A stretch of DNA of 64,000 bases from positions 80,912,001-80,976,000 of the forward strand of contig CM052817.1 of assembly GCA_028534125.1 (NCBI GenBank), given 5' to 3'. The position numbers and the translations under genes were made by a program. Positions 54,540 to 64,000 of this stretch are shown one piece after another (the first letter of the stretch is position 1; each line of letters opens with the position of its first letter). Source of the DNA: Lama glama. Its lineage: Eukaryota. The notes beneath the pieces are model-generated. The model was given only the letters and a program-made list of their open reading frames with translations. It searched no databases and had not been told where the DNA came from.

Positions 54540-54737
54540 AGCTGTCCTCAGGGAGCAGGGGAAGGTGGATGGGAGGACAGGAACTCAGGCATGGCTGGGC
54601 CTAGCTTGACTTACAGCCTTAAAATATTTAGATATATGATACATCAACCTCCATGTGTAGTTTTTTTTTTTAACATTTTTTCTCCATGTGTAGTTTTGCC
54701 GTGTGTGTGCGCCTCATAAAGTTAGGGTTGGGCCTGA
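54540..54737. mobile_element. MER91-like hAT-Tip100 MITE
   Basis: aaaatatttagatatatg...cctccat...aaagttagggttgggcctg resembles the MER91 end. Confidence 0.5.
54649..54697 (-). mobile_element. Ultra-short retro-insertion: poly(T)-aaca-T6 between 16-bp TSDs
   Basis: ctccatgtgtagtttt at 54649-54664 and 54682-54697. Confidence 0.75.
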
Positions 54738-55094
54738 CAGGAGACTATTCCTACCCTAATAGTTCTTTTTTCTCATCCATGTGAATAATTCTCAAATAGC
54801 TTTACATTATAAGTTCAATCGTTAAGTCATATATTTAATAGGTAGAATGTTTATTCATGATTTTTTTCATGAAGATTAATAATTTCTATTTCAATCATTG
54901 GGTTAGCCAAAAGAAAGTAATAGGCCCAAGGAAGCTCCTGAATTTGTGTTACTGGCTTGGTGACCAGAGAGAGTCCGAACCATTTTGTATAGACATCATA
55001 CTCCACCAAAGGCAACCATTCCCATGATTTATGCCAAAATTCATCACAGAAACCTGGACATATGGTTTCCCAAACAAACAATAAAGAAGAGTGA

Positions 55095-55265
55095 TTATGA
55101 AGGCAATAGTGGAAGAAGTCCTAGAGATTCAGAATCAGGACACTGAATTCCGGAGCCAACTCTGCCTTTAACTATAGCTCAGAATAAAACTTATACTCTC
55201 TCAGCATCGGTTTTCTCAGCTGTAAATTGAGAAAGTTAGAATATATATCTTTACGGCCCCTAGCA
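55095..55265 (+). mobile_element. MIR
   Basis: atagtggaagaagtcctagagattcagaatcaggacactgaattcc...tcggttttctcagctgtaaattgag. Confidence 0.75.
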
Positions 55266-56322
55266 ACCTCAGGACCTGAACAGGAGGAAGGTGAGTAGTA
55301 CTCAGGTACTCTCACTCTGGTTCAGTGCAACACATTTTCTAAAAAAAAAAAAAATTATAAAATGTATCTTTAATAAATAATTCTGCTATGAAAACAATAA
55401 CAGTTTTCAAACCACAGACTAGATAATACCAAAAGTCCATTCCAGCTTAAAAAAAACAAACAAACAAAACAAAAAAAACCCTATAGTTTTAATTATATGG
55501 AAAAACAGAAAGAGGTTTTGGGTAATCAGACCTAGATGAAACTCTTCGTCTTTGACATTAAGATAAAAAAATGATTAAAAAAAAATCTAACAAATTGCTT
55601 TAGGATGCTCATTTTGCCACATGATAGAATCCCAAACTGGCTGACATATATTTTAGCCCCTGGAATTCAGAAGGGCTGATTTTTCTCAATGCATATTCTC
55701 TGTTGGATTTGTCAGTATTTCAACTTGAATAAATCAGTTTGGTGAGGATGAACAGATGGCAGATTTTGGTCACTGAGGAATTGAAAGCCAAAGACGAGAA
55801 AATGACTTTTATGAAGATAAGGATGGGAAATTGCTGAGAGATTTTTAAAGAGAAGAGCAAAATGAACTGAATGAAAAGGAATGAAGGTAATATGAACAGG
55901 AGAGTATTCGGTTGATTGGAGAGCAGATATGCAGGAAGTATCGTAGGAAGGAAAGGTAAGGATAGTCCAGCTGTGAGATGACCAGGGCCCGGATTTGGCA
56001 CATGGGACCAAGGGAGAGGGAGGACCTGTGTATAACTTGCCAAAGAAGACAAGTCAAGTATGTGTCAAAATGGGAAAGGAGCCAGCATCCCTAGGCGTCC
56101 CATCTACAGTCTCCATTCACTTGAACACAACTTCTCTTTTGGGAAAGTAACCTTTGTCCTTTATCCTAAGTACTTTCTAATCATCCACATCCCAATATAA
56201 GGTTACATTTTAATGGAAGTCAACTTGGAGACTTCTCCAGTGACATGAAACTGTTTTCTTTCACTCTGTGGTTTAACAGTTTCTCCACAGTAACAGGGCA
56301 GCCTTTTTATTACCAGAAACAT

Positions 56323-56410
56323 GGACCTTATTTGTGGCCTTTAGCCATGGCAAAACTCCCACTAAAGCCAATGGGAGTTGTGGCTAAGTAAACCTTAGTG
56401 AATAATATTC
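56323..56410. mobile_element. Ancient palindromic MITE relic (Chompy/PIF-Harbinger-like)
   Basis: ttagccatggcaaaactcccactaaagccaatgggagttgtggctaagtaa resembles the recalled amniote palindrome GGCAAAACTCCCATTGAAGTCAATGGGAGTTTTGCC. Confidence 0.6.
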
Positions 56411-57224
56411 ATTTTTATAAGGTTTGGAATATGAAGCAATAAGAATTGGTATCTGCTTATTATGTGTTGCCTTTAGTTCCCATGAAAGCATTACCACAAA
56501 TAGGATGTAGGATTATGGCTTCCTTTAGGTACACAATACAAATCTTGAAATCTTGAACAGAAACCATACATTCTTAAGGAAGGAAATACATGTAATTTTA
56601 ACTAGCTCCTGATTGTTGACTTATAGATTCTCTTTTCTTTGTCCAGTTCAGTATATTGTTTCTAGAAAAAGAATCATTTTTTTCATTCTTTTACTACTCT
56701 TAACAAATTCTGAGCCCTATTCCTCTATGAAAAATAAGAAGTGGAGAGAATAGTGTCAGAAAAAAAGCAATATCATTTAGGGAATGATTCTGAAAAATAT
56801 GATACAGTTTCTAAATAATTTTATAACAGTTTACACCAAATAATCAATAGTGCTGTTTGTATTGGAAATCATCTTACGAGCTGTGTGATCTAGTATGAAA
56901 CAAAATCACAAAATAGGCACCAGCCAACTGAACACCATATCAGTAACTGATCACTCTATTATGGGCACCATGGCAGTATCCTTTCATACTAGACATTTGC
57001 ACACTGCCCCTTCTCTTCATCCTCCTAATTTTGATATTACGTGGTCGACACTGGAGGGAAATCACTGTTTGTAATCCATTCATTGAACTCAACTAAGAGT
57101 ACTACTTTAAATATTTTTTCTAGTTTGGATTAGCTTAGAAAATATGACATACATTCCACTTGACTGACTGAATCATTCACTCCCTGATGGAGTTACTTTG
57201 GCAAACTTAAAACATGAAGCACCA

Positions 57225-58320
57225 GGGACCACTTCTTTCTCCTGGAAATGCTATCTTTCTTTTTCCATGACTCAGATCTTTGCTGGTTAATTTCCTACAT
57301 GTCTGACTACTCTTTTCCAGTATCCTTATCTCCTCTTCCTCAACCTTCTACAAAAACTTTGTTTCCCTGTTTACATTTACTTTCTTCGGGTGAACTTTGC
57401 CACATTCACATCGTTAAGCATCACCTGAACTACAGGTCCCAGGCTGACTGCCTGTTTTTGCAAGTTGAGTTTTATTGGAGTACAGTCACACTCACTCATT
57501 GTTGTGGCTGCTTTCTCACTGCAATGGCAGAGCTGAGTAGTTGCAGCAGAGAATGTGTGGCACACCACACCTAAAATGTTTACTGTGTGACCCTTCAACA
57601 GAAAGTTTGCCAACATGACCTAGAATGTAGCTGACTCTCCATAAAGTTGCAGCTGAAGTTTGAAAGTTTAACATGTTCAAAACCAAATTTATTTAATGCC
57701 ATTTTAATCTACTTATTTTGTTTCAGTGAATACTTGAAAGGTGTTTTTATCTGCCTCTTCTTTCATAGTTCCCTTATCTAATTGGTCACAATAGTGCTTA
57801 TCTCTCTCAAGGTCTGTTCTACCCGTTGATCGTACACATCTCGTACCTGAATATTTTAGTATCTAGTCTCATTTTCAGCATCTATTCCTCTAAATATATC
57901 ACATACTCTGTTGCCAGTAATCTTAAATACTCATCTGTTCATGTGTTTATTATATTTCATTGGTATCTCCCATTACCTCATGACAAAGTCCAAATCCTTG
58001 GCATGTCATTCAAGCCCATTTACTGTATATTCCCATATCCTACTGCTATGTGCACTCTTATGTTTTCAAGACTCTATTTCCCAAGTGCTTAATATCCTTT
58101 CTGTCTCACGCATGTCTTTGTTTATTATTATCTCTCTGCTTCAAATGCTTTTTCAACTTTTCTTCTGTGTTCCTACTCTTTTTTTCAAGCTCAATTCAAA
58201 TGTCAAAATTCTCAGTAAAGCAGTAAAGCTGTTCTCAGCAGGTAAAATTAAATGTTACTTCATTCTGCTCTTATCTGGCTTAGGATGCATGCAACTTTCC
58301 CCTAATCTCTAGCAAACTCT
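57225..58320 (+). mobile_element. L2, interrupted by MER58
   Basis: gaccacttctttctcctggaaatgctatc...ccatgactc, ttaacatgttcaaaaccaaatt, acaaagtccaaatccttggcatgtcattcaagccc. Confidence 0.7.
57433..57620. mobile_element. MER58A-like hAT-Charlie MITE
   Basis: ctgcctgtttttg...agttttattgga...gcagagctgagtagttgca...cctaaaatgtttact...agaaagtttgccaac. Confidence 0.9.
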
Positions 58321-58734
58321 CAGAATAAACAGGGTGATTTTTTTTTTCCCTGTTGAATCTATATGTGGTCTTAGAGTCTTTTTCAGGCAGTTACTAAGAA
58401 TCAACTAAAGGTGTTCAGAGAGGTAACATCTGTGTCATAGCATGTGATAAATTTTGTATACTTTATGAACAGACAGTAACTTCTTCATATACTTATTCCA
58501 AGAACCCAGAACAGGAATAGGTCTTGAAAATCGTATAATCTGCTAAATTGATCTAAACTGATTTAAATTGAGATGGAAACACTAATGCAGTATTCCAAGT
58601 TAGGAAGAATCACTATAATTTCAGATATGATTTAAGATTACTTAAAGACAAATACCAAATCTTCTGATTTGAGTGAGGAAGGTAAGTCTGTCTGTTGACA
58701 TGATGAACTTTATGTCCCCATAGTAATAAAATGA

Positions 58735-58980
58735 TAACTATGATAATAATTACCATTCATGGATTTTCTAGTTATCAAGACTTTTATATTTTGTCTCATT
58801 TAATTCTAAAACAACTTTATTATCATCATCATGTTCATCATCATTCTCCTCTCATCATCTTATTTTATAGATGAAGAAACCAAATAAAGAGACCTTAATT
58901 GATTTCCTCTAGGTTAAACAAGTATTAAGTCTTGGGATTAAAAGTTATTTCTGCCTAACTCTAAAGGCTGGGTTCTTAAA
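58735..58980 (-). mobile_element. MIR
   Basis: ttgtctcatttaattct...attttatagatgaagaaac. Confidence 0.65.
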
Positions 58981-59329
58981 TAAAATATATTGGTCCTTTA
59001 CTTAGATCTATATTGTATCTGTGAGGGAATACATGAATGGATTATTCTTCTTTTAAGCAGTACACAAAGAATGATTGCAATATGAAATACTTCCAGAAGT
59101 ACATTAGAGTTGGGCAGATTCGGAATGTCTTCTAGTCATCCAAGCATGGGCTTTTCAGCTGAATCTTTTTCAGTCTTTAGACACAGGATGATGTGCTAAG
59201 TGGTATCAGGTTCCTAAATGAACTGTCTTCACTGGGTTTTATTAGAAACATCCACTGAAGCTTGAGAATTAGGACAATGGTGTCATTTCAAAAAGATATT
59301 TTCTTTCCCTTCATCTTTCAACTTGCTTA

Positions 59330-62110
59330 ATGTAAAAGCCATTTTCCTCATGCTGTTAATTATATTCATTGTCTTAAATCCCTGTTTGAGGCTATACCAT
59401 CTACCTATAAGACAGACATTCTACTTTTCTAACCCCCACTGTTTCTGTCCTATATGTCCTATACTTAAGCTTACATTATGTATAATTCATTATTATATAT
59501 TATGTCTTTTACTTCTCATTGAAGACTTTAATTCCTGTTTTCCTTTCAACTCAAACCTTTGCCATCATCATAGGAAATTTCAATATTCAAATAAGCAACA
59601 TATCCAACTCTTGGTTCATTTACTTCTCAGCCATAAGCTCTCAAAACCATAGCCAGGAAATTGTCATCACCTGAAGTTATTTCTCTCACAAAACCCATAA
59701 ATCAGATGCCCAATATTGGCAGACAAATCTCCATGGTTGTCTCACATTTCTACACATTTTGAAAGTGAAGTATTGATTGCCCTTTGTTCTGAACTATCTT
59801 TAAAAGAATGAGTATATAGAAAATTGTTTCAATATTGTTTTGATAGAAATAGTCTCCCTCCAGGACAAGAAGCATGTTTGCTTACAATCTTGAAAGATAT
59901 TGTCCTCTAGAGCAAAGGGCAGTTGTGTTTACCATCCAGTATAATAAAAATATCTTCTACCAAGTGCTCACTGACCATTATAAAAACTTTGTGTTACCTA
60001 AACTCAACTTTCCTCTCCTGTAATCAAGCCACTGAATGTGTGTCCGTGTGTGTCCACGTGGCCCTTTGTGTTGCCCTGTGGAATTAGATCCTGGAAAACT
60101 GTTACAAATTAATTATATGTATTCTGGCTAATTTTATTCCTGTGAGTAATCAATCATTATTCATCTACACACTAACGGTCTGTGTCTTCTATGTACATTC
60201 ATAAAAGTATGGCACATAGGGTTAAATCTTGAATATTTCACAGTTCTTGACATCCGCTTTCTGCACAGAGTCTCTTGGATATTCTTCCATTTTGCATGCT
60301 AAACTTGCCTGCCTGCCATCTTACTCTTTTCTTTGGCCACTCAACTTGCCTCAAGTGCAAAAGCCCTCTCTTGTCTTTATTCATTTCTAGTCAATACTCT
60401 GAACCATGTTGCCATTCTTTTTCCATTAACTACACCGGAAAAGATTCTAGTTTTCATGATTCCAGGTATCTGCTTTCTTTTTTCCTAAATGTAGCCTGCT
60501 AAACACTTCAGGGTGAGGGATGAAGGGGGGAAATAAAATAGACAGAAGATCAGTATCAATATGACTTAATGATCAACAATGTCAAGTAGTCCCTCACTAT
60601 TCTTCTAGTTATGTCTCTCTTACTTTGAGGGAATACTTTTTAAACTTGTCCCATTCCCTTCAACTTCAGCATTAGCCTCAACTTTCTTACTTCTTAGCAA
60701 ATTATTATTTTTCCTATTTCATAAGAAAGAGAGTAGCTATAAAATGGGATCCACCTAAACTTTCCATCACCAAATGTATAAATACATGCTCTTTTTACAC
60801 AAAATATCATTTATGAATATTTATCCTTCATAAGAACATAGAAGTCCTACATTTAATTTAAAACCTTAAACATATTTAGCTCAATAACTTTATTCCTGCT
60901 ATTTATTAAATTTTGTCTCCTTAGCACAATAAACCTGTTGATCCAATAATGACTATTTTCTCTGCTTCCCTGAGTTGGAAATGAGTTACTGAGATACAGT
61001 GTTTCTGATACAACACTCTTGGAAGAGATGGACCTACTGGAAAGCTTAACTTGCTCTAAAATGTATAACCTGGCAGGATAAAAGGGGGATAAAAACTTTA
61101 TAAAAGAGCCATAATGGGATGAGACTGCTGCAGTTGGCACTTTCTTCTTGTTTGAACAATGCCCTCCAATCCAACCCAACCCATGTGAATTTCTCTGAAC
61201 AGAAGGTTGGCAAACAAAAACAAAAACAAAAACAAAAAAAAACAGTGAGGTGAAGTCAAAACAACCAGAGAAAGAAGCCTGGACTGTTAACACATCCTGC
61301 ACTGGAACCAGGGTGTAAAATAGGAGGCATGGGTAAGTGGTGCCACATCTTTTTTGACTGAAAAATTAAGTTAGTTCCCCATTTGTTAAACAATATGTAC
61401 TTGATGTTATGAATGCTCTTGATTATATCTAGACACCTAAGTGAATTAGAGAGCCTTAAGAAAGGCTATTTTTAATCCCTTTAGAACCAATGTTGCCAAA
61501 ACTCCATCTAAGGCAAATCTTGTCATGTGTGCTTTGGACCACATTGTGTTGTACCATTAAGCAATCTTGCATGTGGTGCTATCTTTTCTGAATCTCCACA
61601 CTTCCCTCTGAAAACTTAGCATCTCAGTTTAAATGTACTCAAGACTATTCTGCACTGTTAGATCCTTTCAGTGGCCTCCTTTCAGTCTGTCTTTCTTGAT
61701 CTCATTACACTTTTAAGATAGTGGACCACACATCTTTCTTAAATTTTCCTTAGCTTTTGTAAGCTGCATTTTCATATTTTTTTCTCCTACCTTTTTCTCT
61801 TTATTCCTTGTCTTGTTCTCTGGTACTTCCTCCTTGAATAACAGTTAAGTATTGGATTTCCTCAGGACTCATTTCTAGGTCCTTTTCTTTTTCCTTAAAA
61901 GACTGCCTCTAATTAGGTAATTACATCTACTTTGAGAACTCCAAAATGAGACTCTATACTAACAGCTCCAAAATCTTCATTTCTAGCATGGGGCTTCTCT
62001 TCCAATTTTCAGGACCACATATCCCAGAGCCTACAAATTTTCTCTGTATCACAAACAAAAATGTACAAATAGATCTCATAATTCACCACCTTAGCCTTTG
62101 CAACTTTCAA
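59330..62110 (+). mobile_element. Long fragmented L2, interrupted by an LTR (59715-60252) and an unassigned insert (about 60791-61500)
   Basis: Colinear L2 ORF2-like pieces: gaagactttaattcc, agccaggaaattgtcatcacc, tttccatcaccaaatgtataaa, ctccatctaaggcaaatc, cagctccaaaatcttcatttctagc. Confidence 0.6.
59715..60252 (+). mobile_element. ERV1 solo LTR (MER89/MER90-like)
   Basis: cagacaaatctccatgg...tctcacatttctacacat, repeated agtctccctccagg/agagcaaagggcag units, end tagggttaaatct...ttcacagttcttgaca. Confidence 0.7.
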
Positions 62111-62194
62111 ACACTAGTACATTTTTAGGTTTCTATCTCAAATTTTTCACCATAAATTAAATATCTGAAGAGGATGTAATTTTTAGAGTTTTAT

Positions 62195-62525
62195 AGAGTG
62201 ACATGTAAAAACATTACTGTTAATTTCTATTTGTAGCCATAAGGGAGTTAACAAATATCAGCTTACCTTTGAGCAAATAACTATAAATCTGGACAAAATA
62301 TATGAAGCAACTGTTTTTAAGCATTGGACCCCAAATAAGTCAGGACTGTGATCCTTGAAAGCAAGGAAACATATGAAGTGACCTCCAAGCTCACCTTGGC
62401 TTTTTGCCTGGGGGCGTGTTCCAAGCCACAGCAGAGGTAATTGGAGCACAAAGAGTGGTGGTCCCTCTGGGCAAAGAAAAGAGTGAATGGTGTTTGAGTT
62501 TATTGAAATGACTGCAGTTATCATT
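62195..62525 (+). mobile_element. Old L1M 5' end fragment
   Basis: aactataaatctggacaaaatatatgaagcaactgtttttaagcattggac...aggactgtgatccttga. Confidence 0.7.
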
Positions 62526-62869
62526 AGACTTACCATTATAAATATAATAACATAAAATCAAACAAAAATAATATATTACACTATTCGATATATCATATTA
62601 AACATAAATAAAATATTATTGGAAATGCATTTTTACATGAGATAAAATATCTTTCTTCCAATTATCTATTTACCTACTGATGACTATCACCTATTGGATG
62701 AATCATTCTAATTCCTAGTTTTAAATCTCATAAGCAATAAATAATTTTAAAAAACCCTAATCCAAACAAATAAGTATATTGAACTAGAAGTCTTTTTTAA
62801 AACTTTCAGTGCCACTTATTTTAACTTATATTCTTAAAGTCACATAGTGATCAATCACAAAAATATTAA

Positions 62870-63590
62870 TGATCTCTGAGCTGATAACTAGTGTGTGCAA
62901 ATATAATTGATTTTTATACATTAATCTTATATCATCCATCTTTCTAATTTTCTTATTTTTTCTAATAATTTATCTGTAGTTTCCTTGGGTTTTCTATGTA
63001 AAGAATTATATCATCAGCTAATTATGCAAATTTATTTTCTCCTTTTCATTCCTTAGTTAATAATGCTCTTCTTCTGTCTTTTGCATTTTGAGCTCAAATA
63101 CATATTGAATGAAAGTGAACACAGGAGTAACTTGTTTGCCTTAACTTTAAATGGAGTGCTTCTCAAATTTCCCCATTTGGGATCATAATCGCTGTAGGTT
63201 TTTCATAAATTATTTTATTAAGTTGAAGAAGTTGCCTCCTATTGCTAATTCATAAGGATTTATTTTAAATTTTAGGCATATGTTTACATTGTTATCAAAA
63301 GTTTTTCTGTATTAATTGATATGATGCAATCCATTAATGTTAACATGGAGCTATCTTTACATACCTGGGGCAAACTGAACTTAATCATAATGTATTTTTT
63401 TTTACTATGCTGCCATGTGGAAATTGGTGATATTTTGTTTAGGAATTTTTCACCTATAGTCATCAGGTAAATATGTCTGTAAAGTTCTTTTCTTGTATTA
63501 TCATTTTCTGACGGTTTCAAAAATTATATGACTTCTTAGAATAACTTGAGGAGTGTTTCTTTTTTCACAGTCTATGAAAGAGTTTACATG
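62870..63590 (-). mobile_element. Old L1 ORF2 fragment
   Basis: ORF 63284-63520(-) KPSENDNTRKELYRHIYLMTIGEKFLNKI is a decayed L1 ORF2 RT start ([28 protein letters not shown]). Confidence 0.85.
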
Positions 63591-64000
63591 TGTCAAAACA
63601 TCAGACTACCATTCACTATCTTTAGTAGAAAAGCTTGATTTATGCCTTATTTAACTACAGAGAGCTACAGTGGCCAGATACAGTCACACTGGATGGAACA
63701 AATAGCTGATGATACATGGTTTTTGCAGGAAGATTTGGTTCTGGTTATGATGGATATAGGGACAGAAATGGGCAGATGTCAATGTTACAGAAGCATGGTC
63801 AGTGTTGGTTAGAGAGATGGGAGTGGGGTACTGGTCCTAGAAGCATAGCTTGGAGTAAGTCCATTGAAACTTAGCTGACTTTCATAATGTAAGGCTGTCA
63901 CTGATTGGTTGGCTCTCAAAGGTGTGTTCATTCAGCTGTCACTGGTTAACTAAACAGGTTTAAAATCACCTCTTACACGAATTTTCTTACACTAACTTAG

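Noticed and set aside
60853..61302. 149-aa ORF on the - strand
   Set aside because: It runs through a (GTTTTT)n microsatellite and resembles no protein I know.
1..64000. CRISPR arrays, operons, tRNA/rRNA genes or a novel multi-gene system
   Set aside because: The sequence is mammalian, repeat-rich and non-coding. I saw no regularly spaced repeat-spacer array, long intact ORF or structured RNA gene.

Overview
AT-rich, CpG-depleted mammalian DNA that looks intergenic or deep-intronic. The youngest L1 3' tails resemble camelid/cetartiodactyl L1, and I saw no Alu, Bov-tA, PRE-1 or CanSINE copies, so a camelid is my best guess (inference). I recognise no protein-coding gene, tRNA, rRNA, snoRNA or CpG island. 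The ORF track is explained by decayed repeats or chance. Most identifiable content is old eutherian interspersed repeats: L1, HAL1, L2, MIR, MaLR/ERVL/ERV1 LTRs and hAT MITEs. Family names are by-eye recall of consensus sequences and most boundaries are approximate. The notable structures are: (1) an inversion-plus-duplication at about 1.7-2.6 kb that split an MLT1J-like LTR and left a ~180-bp-arm inverted repeat; (2) three atypical L1 insertions (3'-truncated with a TSD, reduced to ~10 nt plus poly(A), and carrying a 16-nt 3' transduction); (3) a perfect 47-bp tandem duplication; (4) an ancient palindromic Chompy-like MITE relic; (5) one or two unidentified retrocopy-like inserts. I found no convincing new biological system.
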